Source: Dehalococcoidia bacterium
Lineage (GTDB): Bacteria > Chloroflexota > Dehalococcoidia > Bin125
Assembly: GCA_963555985.3 (NCBI GenBank)
Contig: OY820591.1
Location: 1,824,001-1,888,000, forward strand
Length of the DNA: 64,000 bases
Direction: 5' to 3'
The notes below the pieces were generated by a model. That model was not told the DNA's origin. It made no database searches and was given only the letters and a program-made list of their open reading frames with translations. Shown here in pieces: positions 47,961-56,571 of the stretch (positions within the stretch are counted from its first letter, which is position 1; every line of letters starts with the position of its first letter). The position numbers were made by a program, and so were the translations under genes.

Positions 47961-48247
47961 GGCCGTGAGGTCGCTGCGGCAATGACGGAGCGGAGTTTCG
48001 CACAAGTCTCCTGGGCTGGAACGTGGTACAAATTGGAGAGCGAGGGTGAATGCCCCGAGCGGCGCGGTCGGCGCGGTTTGCATCGGCTGCACGATCAATG
48101 TGTTGCTGACAGGGGGGCGTGGGAACAGATCGGAATGATTGTTCATCGCTCGATTGCAGCGTCTATCGATCGGGAACAACACGCGCGCCCACTTCAGTAC
48201 AAACGCGCAACGCGGCATGAATTTGCAGGTGACTAGAAAGAGAGCAG

Positions 48248-49624
48248 GTGCAAGAGATGACCGAATTCGAGATGAGCGACAGCACGCCAGGGGAGTCGGC
48301 ACAGGCCAGGCACTACGTGTTTGTGGACGGGCCGAGCGTTGACGGGACCCTGGGTCGAGTCCTGAACGCGCAACCCGATCTGCGCACCCGCCCGGACTGG
48401 CACGGCCTGATTCCCTTTGTCCGGCGTGAGTGGGGCGAGGCTGATGCGGTCGCCACCTTCGTGATGTGGAGTCCGGGCAATCCGGGCTTCATGAACTTTC
48501 TGGAACGGGCCGGGTTCCGGCTGGATGTGGCCGACCGCTTGATCGATCCGGACGGGATCGTCCGGATCATCACCGAGCGGATTGAGCAGATCGAAGCCGA
48601 TCTCGGTCCGGACGACGGATACGACGTGATGGTCGCCACGCACAACCGGCGGCTGATCGGACAACTGACCTCGGTCGCGCCCTCGGCGGAACGGATCGGT
48701 CTGCTGGGTTTCGACGAATGGCTGCCGGACGATCAGGAGCTTGAGGAACGGATCGAGGTGTTTGATCTGGAAACGGACGCGCGCTTGTTCCGCGTCGACC
48801 TTGGCCGTGGTCAGAGCGAGGAGGACGGTCCCGCTCGTCCCGAGGTTGAGTCAGGCATCGTGGGGCCGGAGCTGCGGGCGCGGACGGCGATGGAGTTCGA
48901 GACTCCGGTGCCCAGAGCGCGGCCGATCGTCTCTCCGCCGCGAACTGCCAGCCCGCCGTTCCCGGATGAGATCGAGAGCGTGGTGGCGCCGGCGGCAGGC
49001 CCATTGCCGCCGCTGGAAGAACCGGACGAGCCGCCGCCGGGTCCTGCGCGCGACTTTTATCTGCTCGTCGACGGACGCAGCATCGACCAGGAGCTCGGCG
49101 AGATCATCGGTGAGAAGCCGCAGGCCGACTCACGTCCGCGTTGGGAGCTGGTCTACCGTTTCGCCATGCAGCGCTCTCGCGCCGAACACCGACAGATTCG
49201 CGCCCTGTTCGTGCATATTGGACCGGGTCACGCGGGGTTCAAGCGTGCGTTGCAGCATTTGGGATACCGCACGATGCCGGTGATGCCCGACGGCTACAAC
49301 ACCGCACGCTCGGTGGTCGAGGAAGCCGTCTGCCGGGTGCTGGAGGCTCGCGCCCTGCGCGGTGAGGAGGGGCAACCGGCGCCGGATGTGATGGTGATTG
49401 CGCACAGCGTCAGCGTGTTCGAGCGGCTCAGCGCGCTCCCCGACTCGGGGCAGCGGCTGATGGCGCTGGGCTTTCCCGAGCGGATGCCGGTCGACATCTA
49501 TCCCCGGATCGAACGCTTCGACATTGAATACGACGCGGCTGCGTTCCTCTCACCGCTGCCGCGGATGCAAGGCGTCGATGTCGACGACTTCGATCCCGAT
49601 GCGGAGTTGGATCGGCTCTTCTGA
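48248..49624 (+). CDS. Protein with two tandem NYN/PIN-like domains joined by a Pro-rich linker
   Basis: Internal repeat 'YVFVDGPSVDGTLG...RPDW...DVMVATH...FDLETDA' and 'YLLVDGRSIDQELG...RPRW...DVMVIAH...FDIEYDA'. Confidence 0.65.
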   Translation: MQEMTEFEMSDSTPGESAQARHYVFVDGPSVDGTLGRVLNAQPDLRTRPDWHGLIPFVRREWGEADAVATFVMWSPGNPGFMNFLERAGFRLDVADRLIDPDGIVRIITERIEQIEADLGPDDGYDVMVATHNRRLIGQLTSVAPSAERIGLLGFDEWLPDDQELEERIEVFDLETDARLFRVDLGRGQSEEDGPARPEVESGIVGPELRARTAMEFETPVPRARPIVSPPRTASPPFPDEIESVVAPAAGPLPPLEEPDEPPPGPARDFYLLVDGRSIDQELGEIIGEKPQADSRPRWELVYRFAMQRSRAEHRQIRALFVHIGPGHAGFKRALQHLGYRTMPVMPDGYNTARSVVEEAVCRVLEARALRGEEGQPAPDVMVIAHSVSVFERLSALPDSGQRLMALGFPERMPVDIYPRIERFDIEYDAAAFLSPLPRMQGVDVDDFDPDAELDRLF

Positions 49625-49639
49625 TTCGGGCGGTTGGGT

Positions 49640-50773
49640 CTAGAGATCGAACGGGAGCGCGGCGCCGATCCCGAAGGTGACAGCCGTAGCCAAGAGACCG
49701 ACTGCGACGGATCGGGCCGCGGCATAGAGTGGATGCCGGCTGGTGATGAAGCTGCTGAGCACGCCGGCGACGCCGAGCAGTGTGGCGCAGGCTGCGACGG
49801 CGGCGATCAGCGTCCACCAGCCGGGCGTCCAGCCGGCGAGCGCCGCCACCAGGAATGGGATCACGGGCACGATCGCGCCGAGTGAGAAGGCCGTGAAACT
49901 GCCGGCGGCAGCGCGAACGGGGGAACCCAGGTCGGACGGATCCAGGCCGAGCTCTTCACGCGCGAGCGTATCGAGCGCCGTCGCCGGATCGGCCATGAGT
50001 TCGTCGGCGACTTGCTCGGCGAGGCTCTGCGAAAGTCCTTTGCGACGATAGATTCGCACCAATTCGGCGCGTTCCTCGGCGGGGTCGAGGAGCAGTTCGT
50101 CGCGCTCGTGCGCGATCTGCTGTTCCTGCAGCTCGGCCTGGCTGCGCACTGAGATGTACTCGCCGGCCGCCATCGAGAATGCGCCCGCGAGCCAGCCGCC
50201 AATCCCGGCAACGAGGATCACATCGGAGTCGATGGCGACGCCCGCAACCCCGGCCACGAGCGCCAGGTTCGAGACGATCCCGTCGTTGAGACCGAAGAGC
50301 GTCGCGCGGAACGCGCCGGCAGAGCTTTGCCCGGCCAGCGCCTCCTCATGTCCGATCTGATCGTCAATGCTGGCCAGGGTCGCGCGGTGCTCGCGTTCCT
50401 CATCCGCCAGTGTGCCCGCGTCGGGGTCGGCTTCGTAGCGGCGAATGTCCGTCAGTTCCTCGCGCCGAAGCTGATCGATGACAAAGCCGAGCCCGCCGAA
50501 GCGCGCCCACCAAGCCATCAGCCGGCGTCGAAACGACGGCGGCGGCGGGTTGAGCAGCAGGTGATCGGAGCCGAGCAACGCGCACCAGTGCGCTGCATGT
50601 TCACGCTCGGAATCCGCCATCTCGCGGAGTGCTTGCGCGAGCTTCGGCTCGGTCCGGCGGGACAGTTGGTCGTAGAGCCAGGCCGCGCCGAGCTCGTCGA
50701 CCACCATTTCGGTGACCTTCTGCCGGCGCTCTTCGGTGAGCGGAGCTTGCGGTCTTGGCGGCGTGACGACCAT
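49640..50773 (-). CDS. VIT1/CCC1 transporter with N-terminal rubrerythrin/ferritin-like domain
   Basis: 'SEREHAAHW', 'EEREH'; 'FGLNDGIVSN', 'SMAAGEYISVRSQ', 'LAREELG'. Confidence 0.92.
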   Translation of the reverse strand: MVVTPPRPQAPLTEERRQKVTEMVVDELGAAWLYDQLSRRTEPKLAQALREMADSEREHAAHWCALLGSDHLLLNPPPPSFRRRLMAWWARFGGLGFVIDQLRREELTDIRRYEADPDAGTLADEEREHRATLASIDDQIGHEEALAGQSSAGAFRATLFGLNDGIVSNLALVAGVAGVAIDSDVILVAGIGGWLAGAFSMAAGEYISVRSQAELQEQQIAHERDELLLDPAEERAELVRIYRRKGLSQSLAEQVADELMADPATALDTLAREELGLDPSDLGSPVRAAAGSFTAFSLGAIVPVIPFLVAALAGWTPGWWTLIAAVAACATLLGVAGVLSSFITSRHPLYAAARSVAVGLLATAVTFGIGAALPFDL

Positions 50774-50970
50774 GACTCGATTGTAGGCGGGGATCAGAGT
50801 CGGAATTGACAGGCGGAAGTCAAACTTTGGTATCCAGCCGGACTCCCCTGCAAAGTGAGAGGCTCGAATGTGACGGACTGTACGCGCGAGTTGGACGAGG
50901 GGCTACGACATTCGCGGAATCCGCGCGATGATCGGGATGAGCGCGCGACCGGATCGGGGAGGGCTTAGAC

Positions 50971-51840
50971 ATGCTCACGCTGGGATTGCCGAAAGGTTCG
51001 TTGGAAGCGCCCACGCTGGAGCTGTTCCGGCGGGCGGGGTTCGATATTTCTACCGCATCGCGTTCCTACTTCCCCCAGATCGACGACGAAGGCATCACCT
51101 GCGTGATGTTTCGCGCGCAGGAGATGGCCCGTTACGTTGAGGATGGCGTGGCGGACTGCGGGATCACGGGTCACGACTGGGTGATGGAGACCGGCGCGGA
51201 CGTGATCGAGGTGGCGGAGCTGAACTACTCGCGCGCAACCTCGCGTCCGGCGCGCTGGGTGCTGGCGGTACCGGCAGAGAGCGGCGTGACCGAAGTCAGC
51301 CAGCTTGAGGGTGGCGTGATCGCTACAGAGCTGGTCGCAACCACGCGGGCGTATTTCGAGGCGCAAGGGATCAACGTCAAGGTTGAGTTCTCCTGGGGCG
51401 CGACTGAGGTCAAGGCGCGGATCATCGACGGCATCGTGGACATTACCGAGACCGGTTCGAGCCTGCGCGCGAACAACCTGCGCGTGATTGCGGAGGTGCT
51501 CCAGAGCACGACGCGGCTGATCGCCAACCGCGACGCCTGGGCCGATCCGGGGCGGCGGGAGAAGATCGAGGCGATCCACACGCTCCTGCAAGGCGCGATC
51601 GCGGCGCGGTCGAAGGTGGGGCTGAAGCTGAACACACCGCGCGCGAGTTTGCAGGATGTGCTCGCTGTGATCGGCAAATTCGGCGAGCACGCGCCGACGA
51701 TTTCCCCCTTGATCGACGAGGGTTGGGTCGCGCTGGAGATCATTCTCGACGAGCGGGTGGAACGGGAGATGATTCCTGAGTTGCGAAGGGCGGGCGCGTC
51801 GGGCTTAGTCAGCTACCCGTTGAACAAGGTGATTTCGTGA
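50971..51840 (+). CDS. hisG: ATP phosphoribosyltransferase (long form)
   Basis: 'LGLPKGSL', 'RAQEM', 'GATE', 'IVDITETGSSLRANNL', C-terminal regulatory domain 'PTISPL'. Confidence 0.95.
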   Translation: MLTLGLPKGSLEAPTLELFRRAGFDISTASRSYFPQIDDEGITCVMFRAQEMARYVEDGVADCGITGHDWVMETGADVIEVAELNYSRATSRPARWVLAVPAESGVTEVSQLEGGVIATELVATTRAYFEAQGINVKVEFSWGATEVKARIIDGIVDITETGSSLRANNLRVIAEVLQSTTRLIANRDAWADPGRREKIEAIHTLLQGAIAARSKVGLKLNTPRASLQDVLAVIGKFGEHAPTISPLIDEGWVALEIILDERVEREMIPELRRAGASGLVSYPLNKVIS

Positions 51841-51859
51841 AAGGGAGCTCGGCGGCAGG
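51766..51859 (+). repeat. Direct repeat copy 1: hisG 3' end plus intergenic spacer
   Basis: Matches 53071-53164 (offset 1305). Confidence 0.92.
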
Positions 51860-52993
51860 CTACTGATCCTGCTCGTCCTGTTCGGCGGAAGGTTCGGGTT
51901 CCACGGACGGAGGTTGGGGCCGAAAGCGTTCCGGGACGTTATGACGAGGGTCACCCTTGCGGAAATCGCTCCAACAGTCGATGTGACCTTCGCTGGTGAT
52001 GGCGCAGGCGGCCTGGTCTCCGAAGAGGCGGGTGTAGGTGCGGGCAGCAGTGGTCTCGCGGTCGGGGCCGCCTTCGAAGAGCAAGGTGAAGCGGATGGGC
52101 CAGGATTGGAAGCGGATAATGCGGGGCGGGCAGTGGTCGATGTGCGCGGGGATGACGTGGTAGCACCAGTGCAGGGTCTGGCGGCATTGGAGCGAGCCAT
52201 CGACGATGGCACAGCCTTGAGCGGCCAGGATGTGGACATTGCGGAAGAGTTGGGTGTAGGGCGGCGGCGGACCGGGGGCGGTACGGGATTGGGCGGTGCG
52301 GCAGCGCACATCTTCCTGAGCGGTGACGCCGCAGAAGCCGTTGCCGCTGGAGGCGATCCGGACGAAGGGGCCGGCGTCGGAGACGAATTGGTCGATGGTC
52401 AGGTCGCCCCAGCAGGTCGTGCGTCCTTCGGAGTCGAGAGCGCAGAATTCGCGGCCGGTGCTGATGAGATCGGTGAAGTTGTTATAGGCGGGAGCGGGAC
52501 TGCGCGGTAGCGGCAGTCCCCAGCAGGCGATCTCGCCCTCAATCGTGCGGGCGCAGGCGTAGTGCCGCCAGGGATGCACGACGATCTGGACGAGGTCGGT
52601 GCGGTCGGGAGGCAGGAGTTGGGCGAGGCCGGCGAGATGGAGATCGGCTTCGGGGTCGCGAGCCAGGACGTCCTCAATGGCAGCCCGGAGATAATCGTAA
52701 CCAGCGCCCCAGCAGATAGGGGCTCCCTCGGAGGTGATGGCGCAGGCGTCGGCGGGACCAAGGCTGAGGTCGGTGAAGGAGCCTTGGGGGACGTCACGAA
52801 CGAGGGGGATGTCGAAGCCCCAGCAGGCAATCTCGCCGGCGTCGGTGAGGGCGCAGGCGGCGGTCGGACCGATGGCGATTTCGACGGGGGTATCGGCGCG
52901 GGCGGGGACGATAGAAAGCAGGGCGAGGAACACAAGAAGCGCAAGCGCGGCGAGCGGCGCGAGGAGGTGGAACACGGTGCGGGTGGGCTGCAT
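51860..52993 (-). CDS. Secreted RCC1/BLIP-II-like Cys-rich beta-propeller protein, copy A
   Basis: Signal peptide ending ARA; about 7 repeats of the 'CA(L/I)xxxGxxxCWG' type. Confidence 0.75.
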   Translation of the reverse strand: MQPTRTVFHLLAPLAALALLVFLALLSIVPARADTPVEIAIGPTAACALTDAGEIACWGFDIPLVRDVPQGSFTDLSLGPADACAITSEGAPICWGAGYDYLRAAIEDVLARDPEADLHLAGLAQLLPPDRTDLVQIVVHPWRHYACARTIEGEIACWGLPLPRSPAPAYNNFTDLISTGREFCALDSEGRTTCWGDLTIDQFVSDAGPFVRIASSGNGFCGVTAQEDVRCRTAQSRTAPGPPPPYTQLFRNVHILAAQGCAIVDGSLQCRQTLHWCYHVIPAHIDHCPPRIIRFQSWPIRFTLLFEGGPDRETTAARTYTRLFGDQAACAITSEGHIDCWSDFRKGDPRHNVPERFRPQPPSVEPEPSAEQDEQDQ

Positions 52994-53070
52994 GGGGCAC
53001 GCTTTGGCGGTGATTGGAGAATGGTAGCTGAGGGCAAGCGGTCAAGAGTGAGTCAGAGACGGTGGAGCCG

Positions 53071-53164
53071 GAGATGATTCCTGAATTGCGCCGGGCGGGC
53101 GCGTCGGGGTTGGTCAGTTATCCGTTGAACAAGGTGATTTCGTGAAAGGGAGCTCGGCGGCAGG
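53071..53164 (+). repeat. Direct repeat copy 2: orphan hisG 3' end plus spacer
   Basis: Encodes the same EMIPELRRAGASGLVSYPLNKVIS* with 7 synonymous differences. Confidence 0.92.
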
Positions 53165-54292
53165 TTACTGATCCTGCTCGTCCTGTTCGGCGGGAGGTTC
53201 GGGTTCCACGGACGGAGGTTGGGGCCGAAAGCGTTCCGGGACGTTGTGGCGAGGGTCGCCCTTGCGGAAATCGCTCCAACAGTCGATGTGACCTTCGGTG
53301 GTGATGGCGCAGGCGGCCTGGTCTCCGAAGAGGCGGACGTATTCGCGGGAGGCGGTGGTTTCACGGTCGGGTCCGCCTTCGAAGAGCAAGGTGAAACGGA
53401 TGAGCCAGGATTGGAAACGGATGAGGTCGGGTGGGCAATACTCGACGTCTGGAGAGAAGTAGTAGGAACACCAGTGGTGGGTCTGGCGGCAATGCAGTGA
53501 GCCGTCATCGAACACCGCGCAGCCTTGCGCGCCGATGACGTGGACGTTGCGGAATATCTGGGCATAGGGCTGTGGCGGGCCCGGCGCGGTGGGGGAATCG
53601 TGGGTGCGGCAGCGCACCTCGCCTTGGGCGGTGACGCCGCAGAATCCGTTGCCGCTGGCGGCGATGCGGACAAAGGGGCCGGGGTCGGAGACGAATTGGT
53701 CGATGGTGAGGTCGCCCCAGCAGGTCGTGCGTCCTTCGGAGTCGAGGGCGCAAAATTCTCGACCGGTGCTGATCAGCTCGGTGAAGTCGGCGCTGGTGGG
53801 GGCGGGGCTGCGCGGCAGGGGCAGGCCCCAGCAGGCGATCTCGCCCTGGATGGTGCGTGCGCAAGCGTAGTGTCGCCACGGGTGCACGACGATCTGGACG
53901 AGGTCGGTGCGGTCGGGAGGCAGGAGTTGGGGCAGGCCGCTGAGTTGGAGGTCGGCTTCGGGGTCGCGGGCGAGAATGGAGTCGATGCTGGCTCTGACAT
54001 AGGCGTAACCGGCGCCCCAGCAGGCGGCGGTTCCCTCGGAGGTGATGGCGCAGGCGTCAGCGGGACCGAGACTGAGGTCGGTGAACACGCCCTCGGGCAC
54101 GTCGTGGACGAGGGGGATGTCGAAGCCCCAGCAGGCGATCTCGCCAGCGTCGGTGAGGGCGCAGACGGCGGTGGGGCTGATCTCGATATGGACGGGCGTC
54201 TCGGCGCGAGCAGGGGCAATGAGGAACAGGACGAGGAGAACAAGCGCGACGAGCGGCGCGAGGGCGCGGAAGACAGTGAAGACAGGCGGCAT
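53165..54292 (-). CDS. Secreted RCC1/BLIP-II-like Cys-rich beta-propeller protein, copy B
   Basis: Close paralog of 51860-52993 with the same repeats and near-identical C-terminus. Confidence 0.75.
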   Translation of the reverse strand: MPPVFTVFRALAPLVALVLLVLFLIAPARAETPVHIEISPTAVCALTDAGEIACWGFDIPLVHDVPEGVFTDLSLGPADACAITSEGTAACWGAGYAYVRASIDSILARDPEADLQLSGLPQLLPPDRTDLVQIVVHPWRHYACARTIQGEIACWGLPLPRSPAPTSADFTELISTGREFCALDSEGRTTCWGDLTIDQFVSDPGPFVRIAASGNGFCGVTAQGEVRCRTHDSPTAPGPPQPYAQIFRNVHVIGAQGCAVFDDGSLHCRQTHHWCSYYFSPDVEYCPPDLIRFQSWLIRFTLLFEGGPDRETTASREYVRLFGDQAACAITTEGHIDCWSDFRKGDPRHNVPERFRPQPPSVEPEPPAEQDEQDQ

Positions 54293-54401
54293 CGGGCGCT
54301 TTCGCAGTGGTTAGGCGCAAGATAGAGGAGGACGAATCGGCGAGAACGTCAGCAATCGTCGGCTAGGATCGCTGCACGAGACAGCTTGATTGGAATACGA
54401 A

Positions 54402-55841
54402 ATGGCCCTGCGAACCCCCGCCGAATACGTCGAATCGCTGCGCGACGACCGCGAAATCTGGTACCGCGGCGAGCGCGTCGACGACGTGACCACGCATCCG
54501 ACGATCAGCAAGGCCGTCAAGCACGCCTGCATCGATTACGAAATGGCGGAGTCGGACGAGTACCGCGAGCTCGCTACCTACGAGGAAGACGGCGAGAGCT
54601 ACAGCGCCTACTACCGCATCCCGCGCTCGACCGACGACCTGCTCAACCGCTCGAAGCTGATCGAGGCCGCCACCGCCGAAGGCGACACGCTGGTCGTGCT
54701 GATCAAGGAGATCGGTACCGACGCGCTCTTCGCGCTGCTGGCGGTGACCGCCGAGTTCGAGGATCCGGTCTATTTCGAGCGCGCGCAGGCCTTCTACGAG
54801 CACTGCCGCCGCAACGATCTGGCGCTGGCGGTGGCGCAGACGGATGTCAAGGGCGACCGGATCAAGCGCCCCTCGCAACAGTCCGACCCCGACATGTACC
54901 TGCGTGTGGTCGAACGCCGCCCGGACGGCGTAGTCGTGCGCGGCGCGAAGGCGCACACCTCGGTCGTGACCAACACCAACGAGGTGATCGTCCTGCCCAC
55001 CCGCGCGATGGGCGCGGACGAGGGCGACTGGTCGATTGCGTTCGCGCTGCCCGTGAACACGCCGGGGCTGCGCTTCATCGCCTCGCCTTTCGGCGACAAC
55101 GCCAGCCACGAGGGCGAGCGCCCGATCTCGGCGGTGCGCAAGATGATGGAGACGATCACAATCTTCGACGACGTGTTCGTGCCCAACGAGCGCATCTTCC
55201 TCGACGGCGACACCGACGCGGCGGGACAACTCGCGCTGACCTTCGTCGAGTACCACCGCTTTACCGCCGTCTCGTACAAGCTGCCTTTGATCGATGCCTT
55301 GGGCGGCTGCGCGGCGCTGGCGGCGGACTACAACGGGATCATCGGCGTCTCGCATGTGCGCGAGAAGTTCATCGATCTGATCTCATACGCAGAGACGACC
55401 CGCGCCCTGATCGAGAAATCCGCCGAACGCTGCATCGCCAAGCCCAACGGTCAGGTCGCGCCCGATCCGATGACCGTCAACATCGCCAAATCGCACTTCG
55501 CGCACGGCTACCACGAAGCGGTGCAGCACGTGCAGGAGATCGCAGGCGGGATTCTCGTCACTGGACCGGGCGACGAGGACTGGGAGCACGAAGAGTTGCG
55601 CCCGTTCCTCCAGAAATACCTGGCCGGACGCGACGGCGTGGACGGCGAACAGCGGATGCGCTTGCTCAACTTCATCCGTGATCTGACCTCATCCGACTAC
55701 GGCGCATACCAGGAAGTCTTGGCGATTCATGCGGAGGGGTCGTTGCAAGCCGAGCGCTTGCAGGTCTTCCGCGCGTTCAACGAGAACGGCGGCGCGCGCC
55801 GAGTGATGCGGCTCGCAGGTAGAATGGCGGGCGTAAGGTAG
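54402..55841 (+). CDS. HpaB/4-hydroxybutyryl-CoA dehydratase family flavoprotein
   Basis: 'EYVESLRD', 'VDDVTTHP', 'QTDVKGDR', 'GVVVRGAKAH', 'FDDVFVPNERIF'; Fe-S cysteines of AbfD not seen. Confidence 0.85.
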   Translation: MALRTPAEYVESLRDDREIWYRGERVDDVTTHPTISKAVKHACIDYEMAESDEYRELATYEEDGESYSAYYRIPRSTDDLLNRSKLIEAATAEGDTLVVLIKEIGTDALFALLAVTAEFEDPVYFERAQAFYEHCRRNDLALAVAQTDVKGDRIKRPSQQSDPDMYLRVVERRPDGVVVRGAKAHTSVVTNTNEVIVLPTRAMGADEGDWSIAFALPVNTPGLRFIASPFGDNASHEGERPISAVRKMMETITIFDDVFVPNERIFLDGDTDAAGQLALTFVEYHRFTAVSYKLPLIDALGGCAALAADYNGIIGVSHVREKFIDLISYAETTRALIEKSAERCIAKPNGQVAPDPMTVNIAKSHFAHGYHEAVQHVQEIAGGILVTGPGDEDWEHEELRPFLQKYLAGRDGVDGEQRMRLLNFIRDLTSSDYGAYQEVLAIHAEGSLQAERLQVFRAFNENGGARRVMRLAGRMAGVR

Positions 55842-55893
55842 GCCGCCGCTCTCCACCTACCGGTTGCAGGGGCGCGGCCCGCTAGGACAGCTC

Positions 55894-56571
55894 ATGCCCG
55901 AACTGCCGCTGTTTCCGCTGCAAATCGTGGTCTTCCCGGGCGAGGAAGTGCCGCTGCACATTTTCGAGCCGCGCTATCGGCAGTTGGTCAAGGACACCGC
56001 CGAGTCGGGCGCGTCGTTCGGGATCGTGCTGACCCGCCGAGGCCGCGGCATGGGCGGGCAGGGTATGGATCCAGCCGACCGCGAGCCTACGCACGAGATC
56101 GGCTGCACAGTGCGAATGGAGGCGACGGAGGCGTTCCCAGACGGTCGCTACAACATTATGTGCCGGGGCGAGCGGCGCTTTCGGATCATCGAGAAATTGG
56201 GCGAGCGTCCGTACTGGGTCGCGGAGGTGGAGTTTCTCGACGATCCCGCCGACGCCTACAGCGCGGCGGCGGGGCAGGCGTATGTCGATACGGCTGCGCT
56301 CTACCGCGAACATCTCGGCCTGGCGCTGGCGTTGCAGAACAGTTGGCAGCGGCGCTACCGCCTGCCGAGCGGCTCAGTTGAGTTGGTCAATCACATCGGT
56401 TCGCGGCTGGAAGCGCCGCCCTCAGTGAAACAGGAAGTACTGAAAGCCGAAACCGCGGTTGAACAGCTGAATCTGCTCTCCCGCGTGTTGCGAACCACGA
56501 ATCGGCAGTTGCAGGATCGGGTGGAGCTGCACCACCGCCAGCGCTACAGCGGACTCGGCGCGGGCAACTAG
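55894..56571 (+). CDS. Stand-alone LON peptidase substrate-binding domain protein
   Basis: 'LPLFPL..VVFPG..VPLHIFEPRYR', 'DGRYNI..RGERRFRI'. Confidence 0.9.
   Translation: MPELPLFPLQIVVFPGEEVPLHIFEPRYRQLVKDTAESGASFGIVLTRRGRGMGGQGMDPADREPTHEIGCTVRMEATEAFPDGRYNIMCRGERRFRIIEKLGERPYWVAEVEFLDDPADAYSAAAGQAYVDTAALYREHLGLALALQNSWQRRYRLPSGSVELVNHIGSRLEAPPSVKQEVLKAETAVEQLNLLSRVLRTTNRQLQDRVELHHRQRYSGLGAGN

Noticed and set aside
51766-54292. Duplications as a DGR template/variable repeat pair
   Set aside because: Differences are not adenine-specific and no reverse transcriptase is in the window
35055-56571. CTAG stop-codon overlaps as an insertion target signature
   Set aside because: The same overlap also occurs between ordinary convergent genes (56568-56571), so it is not specific to Uma2
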